This document shows, piece after piece, positions 1-11,707 of a stretch of DNA of 64,000 bases. The DNA is from Felis catus (lineage: Eukaryota): NCBI RefSeq assembly GCF_018350175.1, contig NC_058368.1, positions 9,610,001 through 9,674,000 of the forward strand, read 5' to 3'. The first letter of the stretch is position 1, and each line of letters starts with the position of its first letter. The notes under the pieces are model-generated. The model was given only the letters and a program-made list of their open reading frames with translations, did no database searches and was not told where the DNA came from. The position numbers and the translations under genes are program-made.

Positions 1-140
1 CATTGGACTACATCCCTTAAGGACAGGAATGATGTCTTACCTTTTGCGGGCTCAGCAGCTGGTTTATTGCCCCATAACAAAGTAGTGTTTAATGAATACA
101 TCGTACGAATAATTGAACGAATGAACGAGTGAATGAATTA
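1..140 (+). mobile_element. L2 3'-end fragment
   Basis: ...agtgtttaatgaatacat...tgaacgaatgaacgagtgaatgaat, a degenerate (TGAA)n L2 tail. Confidence 0.55.
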
Positions 141-461
141 TACCTAAATGAAGTTCTACAGAAGCATAGAGGCGGCAGCTATAACCACTGACCAGCCACA
201 CCAAGGAGACGGCATCCGAGCTCGGTATTAAAGGACAAATCTGATTTTTAGGAAGGGAAAGGGAAGTAAGAATCACAAACAGAAGAGGGGCATGCACAAA
301 GTCATGGGGGTGGGAAATATGGCAGCCTTCCCAGAAAGCGACGAATACTCTACGTCCAGTAGCAGACAGACATTAAAAAGGAAGAAGCCGGGGCTGACAC
401 TTAGACCAGGATAATGTGTGAAGAGCTTAGGCTTTATTCTGGACGTGGTGACAAACCATGA

Positions 462-679
462 GGGGCGCCTGGGTGGCTCGGTAGGTTGAGCGTCTGACCT
501 CAGCTCAGGTCACGATCTCGATCTCGTGGTTTGTGAGCTCAAGCCCCAGAGGGAGCTCGCTGCTGTGAGCACAGAGCCCGCTTCGGATCCTCTGTCTTCC
601 TCTCTCGCTGCCCCTCCCCAGCTCACACTCTCCCTTTCTCTCTCAAAAGTAAATAAACATTAAAAAAAAAAAAAAAAAA
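462..679 (+). mobile_element. CAN-SINE (SINEC)
   Basis: ggggcgcctgggtggctc head, CT-rich linker, A-tail. Confidence 0.95.
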
Positions 680-3116
680 CGAATCATGAAGGAACTTTGA
701 TACGTGATCGGATGGGTGACTTCCCTGGAGATCGGTTAGGAGGAAATTGCTGCTGTCCAGGGATTTATAGTTATAGCTGATAAAGCACAGCAACAGTGGA
801 ACAAAGCAAACAAGGGAAACCTGAGGGACCTTTTGGAAATAGGAGCGACCCGCTGAATGTGGGAAGCGAGGGACCCGTGCGGCTGAAGACTGACCTGAGC
901 CCTCTGACCTGGTGACTTGAGTGCAGGCTCGGACAGCACCGCAGGGTTTTGGTGGACTCCTGGCACTCACTTAGCGTGCAGCCGGGGGCACTGAGCAAAC
1001 GTGCCTCGCCAGAATTCATGTTCCTTATGCGCGCCAAATACTTTAAAAAAGGGAAATATTGCAATCCTTATGATGAAATGTCTTTTTCAGAGACTCTCTG
1101 AGCGTTTCTTAGACTCTCAGCATGTTTTTCAACCACAGATGGATTCACAACCCCTTCAACGGTCTCGTTCAACCTGTCCACCCACCAAACTGCCCCCTGC
1201 CCCCTCCAGAAACGGAAATCACCTTGAGGATCGTGTGTGTTGGGGGTTGGGGGGGGGTGAGACAGGCAAGTGCTTGGTATTTTTACTTTTTTGGAAGGGA
1301 GTGCTAGGACAGTTTCAGCCCACCGAAAAGAAATCCAAAACAGTAAAACGGGCTGAATGTGTTTCTCCGGTAGAAGAAAAGAAAGCAAACCTACTACAGG
1401 TAAATTGAAATCCGCAAATAGACCCGCCACGCATCGCTGAGACATTCTTGGGATAATGGCTTAGTTAGACTGGGGCCACAAATCTTTACATTTCTTCACT
1501 CGCCTGGCAGGACTAATGAGATTTTATGGCGGGCAGGCTGTTTATCCCTTGGGTGACATTGGCAAGAACAACTACATCTTTATGAGTTAAGACTTTTCTG
1601 CACTGCAGCTTTTTTCCCCACCAAAGACTGCCCCAGCCTGGATCACAACACACACAACACGTAAGAACCTCATTTCTTCGCGTAAACACTCCACCGCCCC
1701 CTTCTGTTGTTTGGCTCCGAACCTTCTTTCCTAACGTCGCGTCACTCCGTCAAAGGGGCTGGCAGAAAAAAATGGACCAATGGAAAAGGGAAGAAAAGGT
1801 CTCAAGGGGACCTGCAAAGAGAGATAGGGCTGACAGCTCCACTTCTAGAACATTCGGTGTGCCCCAAAGCCATTAGGAATAGAGCTGCAGACCCTCTGTT
1901 ACAGGCAGTACAGGCGGGGCTCTGCTCCCATCAGCAGTGGTAAGAGATAAGAGCACAGTGACCTCCCACTTCCGTCTGGGAAAAGGATTCGACCCCTTTT
2001 GTGGTTTTCTTCAGCACTTAATTAGCATCCATATACACACAAACAGACAAACTCACATATTTGACAATTGCCATCACAAATGCCTACAATGACGTATCCA
2101 TCCTACCTTTGTAACTAGGAAAGTGGCCCCAGGCCTCAGACCAAAGGATAGGGGAGAAATTGCCCAGCCAGAGTCAACGCACAGGTTCTATTTTGGGATA
2201 AGGCGGAATAAACACACTCCACCCTGCTTCTCCCATTGAACGCCGCTAGAACATATGGACACAATGCTCGGAGCAGCTCTAGGAGGTCTTTCTAAAAAGG
2301 AAAGAGTAGCCGGTCATTTGGGGAAGAAAACAAGAATTCAAAGAACCTTTAAACTGGCTGTGGACTTAATGTTTTTTTTTTTCCCTTTGGTGTCCCCTAG
2401 ACAGGACTCAAGGCAGACCGAACCCCAAAAGGAGACACCCGTGTGGACAGAGAGAACTCGAGCAGAAGCCTACTAGCTCCGGTTCAAGATGTAAGAAAGA
2501 AGTCTTCCGGCAGTGACAGCGGCAGCACGGAAGGTCCACGGCATAGAAAATGCCAACGAAGGGGAAGCTTCCTCTCCAGTTAAAGGAGGGGTGGTCCAAG
2601 GACCATGCTCTTTTCCTCTCCGTGTGTACCCACCACTTGGCCCAGGACATGGGAGAGTCACAGGAATGGCACAGAGTAGACTAAATAAAACAGCAGCTTT
2701 CTAGATGGATGAACCCAAAGGAGAACCTGTAGGAAACTGGAAAATACAGGGAGATCAGGGAGAGAAAGGAGTTTGGAAAAAACAACCCCATAAAGTTCTT
2801 TGCTAATTCGGGGGGGGGTCTCACCCCAAGCTACGCACGCTTAGATTTGATCACATACAGCATACAAAGAGTCTGAGAACTGAACTAACAGATACACCAC
2901 CATCGGATCCCAGACTGACCGTGAGATGGTGGGCTCTCAGGAGAAATCTAAATAGTACCGCAGAGTTTGCAAATGGAACTGATAGTGGAACTACAACCCA
3001 CAGAAATCTGGTCAGAACTTGCAGCCTAAGCCCGACTGTGTCAATTGTCTGCTTAAAAAAAAAAAAAAAAAAAAAAAATCAACATTCTCTGCAGGATTCA
3101 AGTAAGATCCAGTATT

Positions 3117-3350
3117 GGGGCACCTGGGTAGCTCAGTTGGCTGAGCGTCCGACTTCGGCTCAGGTCATGATCTCACGGTTTGTGAGTTTGAGCCCCGCAT
3201 CGGGCTCTGTGCTGACAGCTCAGAGCCTGGAGCCTGCTTTGGATTCTATATCTCCCTCTCGCTCTGCCCCACTCCCACTTGGGCTCTGTCTCCCTCTATC
3301 TCTCTCTCCCTCAGAAATTAAATAAATAAATAAATAATCAATTAATTAAA
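3117..3350 (+). mobile_element. CAN-SINE
   Basis: TSD taagatccagtat at 3103-3115 and 3351-3363. Confidence 0.95.
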
Positions 3351-3397
3351 TAAGATCCAGTATCTCATAACATAAAACTCAAACTGTCCATGATATG

Positions 3398-3671
3398 TAA
3401 TGTTAAATTTATTTACTTTAAGTTTCTATTTTTAAATGTATATTACCATTTATAGATTCAGTTTGGAAGCATTTTGAATGCAGTAATACTTATTTTTAAG
3501 CTACTGTTGAATAGAGGTGCCTGGATGGCTCAGTTGGTAGAGTGTGCAACTCTTGTTCTCAGAGTTGTAAGTTCGAACCCCATGTTGGGTGTAGAGATTA
3601 CTTAAAATAAAATCTTTAAGAAGAAAAAAGCTGCTATTGAATATGTGAACATTAATACTAAAAAAAAAAAA
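3398..3671 (+). other. Poly(A)-tailed, TSD-flanked insertion of unique AT-rich DNA (possible truncated retrocopy or orphan transduction)
   Basis: gtccatgatatg 3386-3397 / gtccatgaaatg 3672-3683; A12 at 3660-3671; interrupts the L1M. Confidence 0.65.
3514..3627 (+). mobile_element. Short-type CAN-SINE
   Basis: tRNA-like head (gttcgaaccc); TSD aagctactgttgaata / aagctgctattgaata. Confidence 0.9.
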
Positions 3672-4190
3672 GTCCATGAAATGATCCAAAAATACTTGGC
3701 ATATAAACCAGGAAAATCTCAACTCACATGGGAAAATACAATTGATGGATGTCAATGCCAAGATGATACATATGTGAAAGTTATCTGATAAAGATTTTAA
3801 AGCAACTATTATAAAGAATGGTCCAAGGAAAAATAAACATTCTAGAAAGGATCTGCAAAAAATAACAAGACAAAACAAAACAAACACCTCAAACAGATAT
3901 TATAGAACTGAAAATACAATAATAAAAATTTAAAACTCACTGATTGGGCTCAAAAGCAGAATGGACATAACAGAGGGAGAGTCAGTCAACTTGAAGACAG
4001 AGCAATAGAAATGCTCCCATCTTAACAAGAAAGAATAGAGATTGAAAAAGAAAGAATACAACTTCAGGGTCCTGTGGAACAATTATACAAAGTCTCATAC
4101 TTGTGTCATCAGAGTCCCAGAAGGACAGAAGAAAGAGTCTGATGTAGAAAAATACTTGAGAAATGTCTTTCTTTAAAACTTCCCAAATTT

Positions 4191-4994
4191 TCATGAAAAG
4201 ATGCTCAACGTCACTCCTCATCAGGGAAATACAAATCAAAACCACACTCAGATATCACCTCACGCCAGTCAGAGTGGCCAAAATGAACAAATCAGGAGAC
4301 TACAGATGCTGGAGAGGGTGTGGAGAAACGGGAACCCTCTTGCACTGTTGGTGGGAATGCAAACTGGTGCAGACACTCTGGAAAACAGTGTGGAGGTTCC
4401 TCAAAAAATTAAAAATAGACCTACCCTATGACCCAGCAATAGCACTGCTAGGAATTCACCCAAGGGATACAGGAGTGCTGATGCATAGGGGCACGTGTAC
4501 CCCATTGTTTATAGCAGCACTCTCAAGAATAGCCAAATTGTGGAAAGAGCCTAAATGTCCATCAACTGATGAATGGATAAAGAAATTGTGGTTTATATAC
4601 ACAATGGAATACTACGTGGCAATGAGAAAAAATGAAATATGGCCTTTTGTAGCAACGTGGATGGAACTGGAGAGTGTGATGCTAAGTGAAATAAGCCATA
4701 CAGAGAAAGACAGATACCGTATGGTTTCACTCTTATGTGGATCCGGAGAAACTTAACAGAAACCCATGGGGGAGGGGAAGGAAAAAAAAAAAAGAGGTTA
4801 GAGAGGGAGAGAGCCAAAGCATAAGAGACTCTTAAAAACTGAGAACAAACTGAGCGTTGATGGGGGGTGGGAGGGAGGAGAGGGTAGGTGATGGGCATTG
4901 AAGAGGGCATCTTTTGGGATGAGCACTGGGTGTTGTATGGAAACCAATTTGACAATAAACTTCACATATTGAAAAAAAATAAAATAAATAAAAT
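4191..4994 (+). mobile_element. Young 5'-truncated feline L1 (ORF2 C-terminus, 3'UTR, A-tail)
   Basis: Open frame to 4756 with the L1 ORF2 Cys-rich region ([21 protein letters not shown]...[11 protein letters not shown]); G-rich 3'UTR; perfect TSD taaaacttcccaaattt at 4174-4190 and 4994-5010. Confidence 0.97.
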
Positions 4995-5376
4995 AAAACT
5001 TCCCAAATTTAGCAAAAGGCATAAACCTGTAAATTCAAGAAGTTCAGCAAACCTCGAATAGGATACACCCGAGAAATACATGCCCAGACACATCATAATC
5101 AAACTGCTAAAAACTAAAAACAAACAAAAATCATGAAAACAATCTGAGAAAAAGCAACGTATTATTTATGGGGGAGCAACAATCAAATAAACGGCTGTGG
5201 AATTCTCATCTGGAACCGGAAGCCGGAAACCGTCGGGGGTGAGAAGGCAGCTGAAGAGCAGTGTGAATGTGCTGGAAGAAAAGCAATTGGCATCCACCAG
5301 CATTCTATATCCCAAGACAATAGCTTTCAGGAACAAAGGTAAAAAAACAACAACAACAACAACAAAAGCATTCTCA

Positions 5377-5600
5377 GGGCGCCTGGGTGGCTCAGGAGTT
5401 TAAGTGTCTGACTTCGCCTCAGGTCATGATCTCACAGTTCATGGGTTCGAGCCCCACTTCAGGCTCTGTGCTGACAGCTCGGAGCCTGGCCTGGAGCCTG
5501 CTTCGGATGCTGCATCTCCCTCTCTGTCTGCCCCTGCCCTGCTCATGCTCTGTCTTTCTCTCTCAAAAAATAAACATTAAAAAATTAATTAATTAATTAA
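5377..5600 (+). mobile_element. CAN-SINE
   Basis: Head, CT linker, tail; TSD gcattctca / gcatcctca. Confidence 0.93.
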
Positions 5601-5686
5601 CGCATCCTCAGATGAATGAAAAATTAAGAGGGTTTTTTGACAGCAGACATGCTCTAGGAGAACTGATGAAGAAAGATCTTCAGACA

Positions 5687-5770
5687 GTGGCATCTGGCTG
5701 GCTCAGTTAGTAGAGGGTGCGACTCTTGATTTTGGGGTTGTGAGTTTGAGCCCCATGTTGGGTGTAGAGA
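5687..5770 (+). mobile_element. Short-type CAN-SINE with expanded purine tail
   Basis: ctggctggctcagttagtagag...gagtttgagccccatgttggg; TSD aagatcttcagaca / aagatcttcacaca. Confidence 0.88.
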
Positions 5771-6030
5771 GGAAAGAAAGAAAGAAAGAAAGAAAGAAAG
5801 GGAGGGAGGGAGGAAGGAAGGACCGAAGGAAGGAAAGAAGGAAGGGAGGGAGGGAGGAAGGAAGGAAGGAAGGAAGGACCGAAGGAAGGAAAGAAGGAAG
5901 GGAGGGAGGGAGGAAGGAAGGAAGGAAGGAAGGAAGGAAGGAAGGAAGGAGAGAGAAGAAGGAGAAGGAGGAAGGAAGGAAGGAAAGAAGGAAAGAAGGA
6001 AGGAAGGAAGGAAGGGAGGAAGGAAGGAAG
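5767..6030. repeat. Compound (GAAA)n/(GGAA)n/(GGGA)n microsatellite
   Basis: Almost pure purine run; higher-order unit starting gaccgaagg at 5821 and 5877. Confidence 0.97.
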
Positions 6031-7531
6031 ATCTTCACACAAAATTACCCTGCATGCAGGAAGCTGGACTCAAAGGTTATGTACTATACCAGTTTCATTT
6101 ATATGATACTTCCAGAAAGCTAGAACTATGGTTCTGGAGAATGGATCAGTAGTTTCTAGGAGCCGGGGGTGGGATGAGGGTGTGAATAAGGTGGGATAGC
6201 ACGAGGGAATTCTGGGCTGATAAAGATGTGTGTATGCTGATTGTGATGGTGCTTACACAAATCTCTGCATATAGTAAAATGCACAGACCACTACAGCCAC
6301 ATACACGGAGTCAGTGTTGCTACCTACTAAATTTTCTTAAGTGGACAAAAATCGAGACGTTGGCGCCTACGAAATTTCGAGTCTTTGAGTGACACTCTAA
6401 GCTTCACCATCTCCCTTGGATGCGTGCTTGTGAGGGTCATCTCTGCGTCATGGCCACGGTCAATATCAGGCTGTTTCTGCCGCCCTTGCGTGCAACTAAT
6501 ACCTGAATTGACCTCTGCACCGGCCCCACTACCAGCTCAAGCACAGAGAATGTTACGTGCTTGAGCTGAACAATGAGTAAAAAGTGAGGAGTCATTCTGT
6601 GGTACAGCCCTCTTGTTCTCCAAACACTGTAAAGCTGACCTCTCTTCAAACCTCCTCACAAACAAGAGAAAAACCCACTGGACTCCTCATGGGAGCACCA
6701 GCTTCTGAGTTTCCTTCCTAGCTGCCGCACCCACAAAAGTGCAGCAAATCCCCAGCAGGTCCGGGAGCCTCTGTACCATTCTACCACTTTGCGGACGCGT
6801 GGACTATTTCTTTTATAACAGATAACCTTTCGGTCGAAGCAATAATTCTCCCTTGGCATCAGGTGGTTGGTATTGTTATTTTTACCTTTGGCAGACCCAT
6901 AGAAGGGAAAGGGAATCCGCATGTCTGCAGGGGAAGGAACAAGATAAAAACGAGACCTTTAGCACCAACACTGAAGTTTTGCATCATTTAAAAGTTGTGT
7001 GCGTGTGGCTCTCTCCTCCGCCCTTCCCCCCCCCACGTAAGACACGAAGTGTGCTTTACTAAATTTTATGTCTCCAGAGACCTGCACAATGACAGACACA
7101 TAGAGGCGCTCCTCTAACTAGGTTGCCAACTAGTGAATGGATGCCTCCGTGACCGAATAAATGAACTCTGTGACTGATATGGGCAACGTCCTGCAAACCC
7201 ATCAGATGGCCATGCTCCGCCCCGTTCAACTGTGTCTCTTGCCGTTGAAGGCAATGGGCTGTGGTGATCCAATGGCCTGGGACAGACAAGGGTGCCAACT
7301 GAAGGACCCGAGCTGGCAACAGGAAGACAGGAAAGCTGGGTCACCGCAGGTGGCTCACCATCCTGCCCCGACAGATTGGCATGAGAGGTCCATCTCTATG
7401 TCGAGCAGAAGGAAGGAAATAAGGAACAGAAAACCGCACGGTGAAATACTCTACGTTCAACGTGCAACCCAAAACATCCTCTAAGGCATTTTCTGTTCCC
7501 TGTTGTTCCTTCCAAAAGCAACTGGTCTTCA

Positions 7532-7659
7532 GGGGCACCTGGGTGGCTCAGTCAGTGACGTTGTCCAACTCTTGATTTCGGCTCAGGTCATGATCTCACG
7601 GTGTCACATGTTCGAGCCCCATATTGGGCTCCGTGCTGACAGTGCAGGGCCTGCTTGGG

Positions 7660-7697
<38 letters not shown>

Positions 7698-7796
7698 CCT
7701 CCCCCGCTCATGCTGTCTCTGCCTCCCTCAAAATAAATAAACTTAAAAAAAATTGGGGAAATAAACGCACATATGTGTCGAAGATTTTTATTAAAA
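7532..7796 (+). mobile_element. CAN-SINE with extra 3' unique segment
   Basis: TSD aaaagcaactggtcttca 7514-7531 / aaaagtgattggtgttca 7797-7814. Confidence 0.93.
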
Positions 7797-7954
7797 AAAA
7801 GTGATTGGTGTTCAAATGTGTTTAAGAAACACTCTGTATACTGTATCTCCTTCTTAAAGATGTACAGTGTATATTTGCTTGATTAACAAGCCCTTAGTAA
7901 AGAAATACGTTTTACTTCAAAGTCCCTTAGTAAAGAAATATGTTTCACTTTGTA

Positions 7955-8530
7955 AAAGATTTAATTGAGGTATAATTAACATACGCACAGACCGTTAAGA
8001 GTTCAGTTCAATGAGTTTTGAGAATTGAATATTTAAATCTCCCACCAGCCAAAGCGCGACATAAAACATTTCCATCACCCCAGAAAATGTCCCCATTTCT
8101 GTAAATCCCCTGTCCCTGTTCAGCAACAGCCAGTATCTGACTTCTTTCTCATCACTAAAGTCCGTATACTTCTTAGACATCAAAAAAAAAAAAAAAAAAA
8201 CCCAAATCATGTTGCATAGATTTTGGGGGGTAGGATCTGACTTCTTTTGTTCAGTATGAGATGTTTGAGTTTCATCAATGCTGTTGTGGGTATCAGTAGT
8301 TCATTCATTCATGATTTGTTTGTCCGTTCTCCTTTCAATGGACATTTGGGTTGTCTCCAAGTTTTGACCGTCATGAATAGGGCAGGTATGAACATTCTTG
8401 TGCAAGAATGTTTGGGGCCATGTGTTTTCATTTTTCTTGGGTAAATCCTTAAGAGAAGAATTGTTAGGCCAGAGGGCAGACACAGTTAACTTTATAAAAC
8501 CTGCCAAACAGTTCTCCAAAGTAGTTGCGC
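7955..8530 (-). mobile_element. Ancient L1M (L1ME-like) 3' fragment
   Basis: ttaattgaggtataatt...; ggacatttgggttgtctccaag; atgaacattcttgtgcaag. Confidence 0.85.
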
Positions 8531-8995
8531 CTGTTAGACTTTTTTTAACTTAGTATTTCCTGTGTTCATTTGCCCACAGACCCCCTAACATCTATAAGAT
8601 GAGCAGGTAGAGTTAGATAGCTTTTCAGATTCCTCCTAGCTTTATGCGATGAGAAGATGGCCATAGCTTTCAGGAGTGGAGTTATTTTGTCTTCTTTGTA
8701 TAGATCTTGTAGGCAAAAGCCAATGAGGTGAAACCCAGGATGGCCAGAATCTAAAAAGCCTGGGAGTAGAAACAAAGAAGACAGCACTGAGTCCAGTGGG
8801 TGGGGAAGAGGTGCTGGCAGGTAGTTATCTGGACAGAGGCATGAAAAAAAGATTTTTAAGCCACAGGGAATTGTGATACCAAGGTTAGAAACAATTAAAG
8901 CAGAGGCAATGGCGTAGAGCGACCCCCCGCAGCGTTTAAGACGTTTCTCTGGTCCAAGGACATCACTAATGACAAGATATTAAGAAAACTCTTCA

Positions 8996-9183
8996 GGGTG
9001 CCTGGGTGGCTCATTTAAGCGTCCGACTCTTGATCTCGGCTCGGGTCATGATTTCACGGTTCCTGAGTTCGAGCCCCACGTCGCACTCTGCGCTTACGGC
9101 GCGGAGCCTGCTCGGGATTCTCTCTCTCCCTCTCTCTGCCCCTCCCCCACTCTCTTTCTCTCAAAAATAAACATTTTTAAAAA
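8996..9183 (+). mobile_element. CAN-SINE
   Basis: Head, linker and tail present. Confidence 0.93.
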
Positions 9184-9189
9184 AGAATC

Positions 9190-9716
9190 TATTGCTGGAC
9201 GGCTACCACCCGCCATAGGTTTTTCAAGTTTCTGCACACCTTGTGTAGAAAAACTAACCACCCCTTATTCTGGACTTTCTTTTGAGGGACGTTTATGTAA
9301 TGACCAGCCTTGAGGAAAAGAGATAGTGTCTCCTTCTGGAGCAAAACGCAGGCTTGCTTGTATCCTTGGAAGAGAGAGATAATGTCTACCTCTGAAGCAA
9401 AGGGCGCATACGCTTACTGCCCTTTAAAAAAGATTCGGGCTTCTTAACCTCAGGATTCCTCTCCTGAAATGCAACCCACTGCACATGCAGGTATAATCCG
9501 GCCCTCTTTGCATTGTTCTCCGGAAACTGAGGTTTGGGGAATCAGTATAAAGGACAAGGCTGATAGTCTGTCTACCGGTCTGGCCGTGAGTAACAAACTG
9601 TCCTTCTCTGACCCAGCAGACTCTTGTCTTCACCAGTGGCTACTGGTGAAACTGTAGCAGGCTAACTTCTAAGTGTGATGTAGTGTAAGATCTCGGTCCC
9701 TTCAAAATTCTTGACA
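9190..9716 (+). mobile_element. ERVL-class solo LTR (MER76/MER77-like); 5' boundary uncertain, may extend upstream of the SINE
   Basis: gagataatgtctacctctgaagcaaaggg (internally duplicated), tctgacccagcagactcttgtc, ends ...ttcttgaca. Confidence 0.7.
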
Positions 9717-10329
9717 GTCACACGTGAACTTCGTGAGTAGCAGGAGCAAAAATTCTTCCTCCACGCTTTTCTGAAGTCTAATTTGTAAACGAGGGGCATC
9801 GATTCTAAACTCAGCACATTTTTTAAAAGAACAGTTCAAGAAATGAAGGATTGCTTAATATGCTGTTAATTTCCAAACTTCGGGGCTCTGGGGCAAGTAT
9901 TTTGCCACACTTTTTAGGAAGTTACTTTGCTGGCACCAGCTGGGGGAGAGAGAATTCCTTTGTTCTAGGAGCCCGTACACTAAGGCTTCTCTCTCCGATC
10001 CTGTATCACAAAGAAGAGAATCAAACTCAGCCTCAGCTGCCAGAATCACTAGTGTTGTCCAAGGGCAAGGGTCTCTCCTGCTTCTTCCGTTTCAAAGGGG
10101 AACTGGCTCACGGCCCCCACGGCAGCCCTGAGAAGCGCACATTTCCTCCGTGGCTTCTGACGGGGAGAGGACAATTGCCCCTCCACGCTGCAAACAGTTG
10201 GAGAACCCTTAAATCTCCAACCAGAAAACAGAGGCTCCGTGGCAGGTGCCTTTTCCCCAACTTGCCAGGGTTACGCCTGTTGTTCCCCGTTTGGAGCGTA
10301 AATTTGTCGTCCTAGTCGAAGAAGTCGGG

Positions 10330-10920
10330 AAGACTCTTCCTCTCTTTCGTTCCAACTCTCACTGCACACAGTCACCTCCTCCTACATTCCAGCCACTTCT
10401 TCACTGAACTCATCTTTGGAAATGATTCAAGTCAAATGAGTGCTCCCCACAACCACTACCATTGTCACGCGAATTTCATCCACCTCGAAAATCATGACCT
10501 TCCCTTACAGCTTTCTCTGAAGGACCAGGATGGCACCCATCCTGGGGAACAGCCCCCTTCTCTACTCTGAACTCAGTGACTGTCTTCTTCACGGCGTTCA
10601 TTCCCACCTTCAACCATCGGACCAGATGATTTCACGACATTCTTTCCACATCTAGTATCTCTCATTTATTGCTCCCTATGCATTTATTCACTCCCCTTAA
10701 AACAGGCACATACCACCCAAAATTGACATTGACCCTACATGTTCCTCCCCTTCTAATACGACCTCCTGAAGTGTCCAAGTACAAGTCAATTCACTTCTAG
10801 CTAATTCCCAGGGTGTAGTTTATCTGTGTGTGCCACAGAAGCCGTGTTCTTAATAAGGTCCCTAAAGACCCACTCATTTCAAATCTGATGAGTATTTCCC
10901 CTCCCTCTTCCTCATTGCCC
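10330..10920 (+). mobile_element. L2 fragments
   Basis: Degenerate pyrimidine-rich L2-like text (cagtcacctcctcctacattccagccac...; aaggtccctaaagacccactcatttcaaatc). Confidence 0.45.
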
Positions 10921-11079
10921 TTTATCTGAGGATGTGTGGGGGGTGGGGGTGTGCACTCATGCACCCGCCTGCAATTTATTGGTCCTTAACCTTGTTATGC
11001 CTGGTAAACTATTAAAATGAACTATGCTTAGCACACTGTATGTCATGCATTCTATTCTACATAGTACAGTCTACATAGT

Positions 11080-11707
11080 ACATTGGTCTTATCAGGCTAC
11101 CGTATCAAAAAAAACCATAGACTGGGGGCGCCTGGGTGGCTCAGTCGGTTAAGCGGCCGACTTCGGCTCAGGTCATGACCTCACGGCCCGTGAGTTCGAG
11201 CCCCGCGTCGGGCTCTGTGCTGACGGCTCAGAGCCTGGAGCCTGTTTCGGATTCTGTGTCTCCCTCTCTCTGACCCTCCCCCGTTCATGCTCTCTCTCTG
11301 TCTCAAAAATAAGTAAACGTTAAAAAAAAAAAAACTAAAAAAAAAAAAACCCCATAGACTGGGAGTCTTACACAATAGACATTTATTTTCTCACAGTTCT
11401 GGAGGCCGAGAAGTCCAAGCTCAAGGTGCAGGAAGGGTTGGGGGTCCGGTGAGAGCTCACTTGTTGGCTTGTAGCTGGCTGCCTTCCCCCTGTGTTCTCC
11501 CATGGCCTTTCCCCCGTGCTGGGGAAGGGGAAAGGAGTGAGGATTGCTAATATTTCTTCTGCTTTTCATAAGGACACTTGTCCTATCAAATTAGGTCTCC
11601 ATCCCTCTGTCCTTAATTACCTCCAAGGCCCCATCTCCACCTCGAGTCGTGTTTGGGTTCAGGACTTCCAAGTACGAATTTGGCGAGACACAGTTTGGTC
11701 CATAACA
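11080..11707 (-). mobile_element. MLT1A/B-like MaLR LTR, split by a SINE
   Basis: catttattttctcacagttctggaggccgagaagtccaag; taattacctccaaggccccatctcc; ends ...tccataaca. Confidence 0.85.
11124..11349 (+). mobile_element. Young feline CAN-SINE
   Basis: TSD ccatagact; CpGs retained. Confidence 0.96.

Larger units (their letters stand above)
2180..6340 (+). mobile_element. Ancient L1M (L1MD/L1ME-like) remnant: 5' region, decayed ORF1 and 3' end, split by younger insertions
   Basis: ORF1-like text at 3690-4170 and 5011-5690 (gataaagattttaaagcaactattataa; gtcccagaaggacagaag; cccagacacatcataatcaaactgctaaaaac); L1ME-type 3' end at 6050-6340. Confidence 0.75.

Noticed and set aside
4163..4756. 197-aa ORF as a host gene
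   Set aside because: L1 ORF2 C-terminal fragment; the upstream ATG is in flanking DNA and there is no promoter
5703..6123. Low-complexity LPSF / RKEG ORFs (also 15665-16135)
   Set aside because: Microsatellite translations
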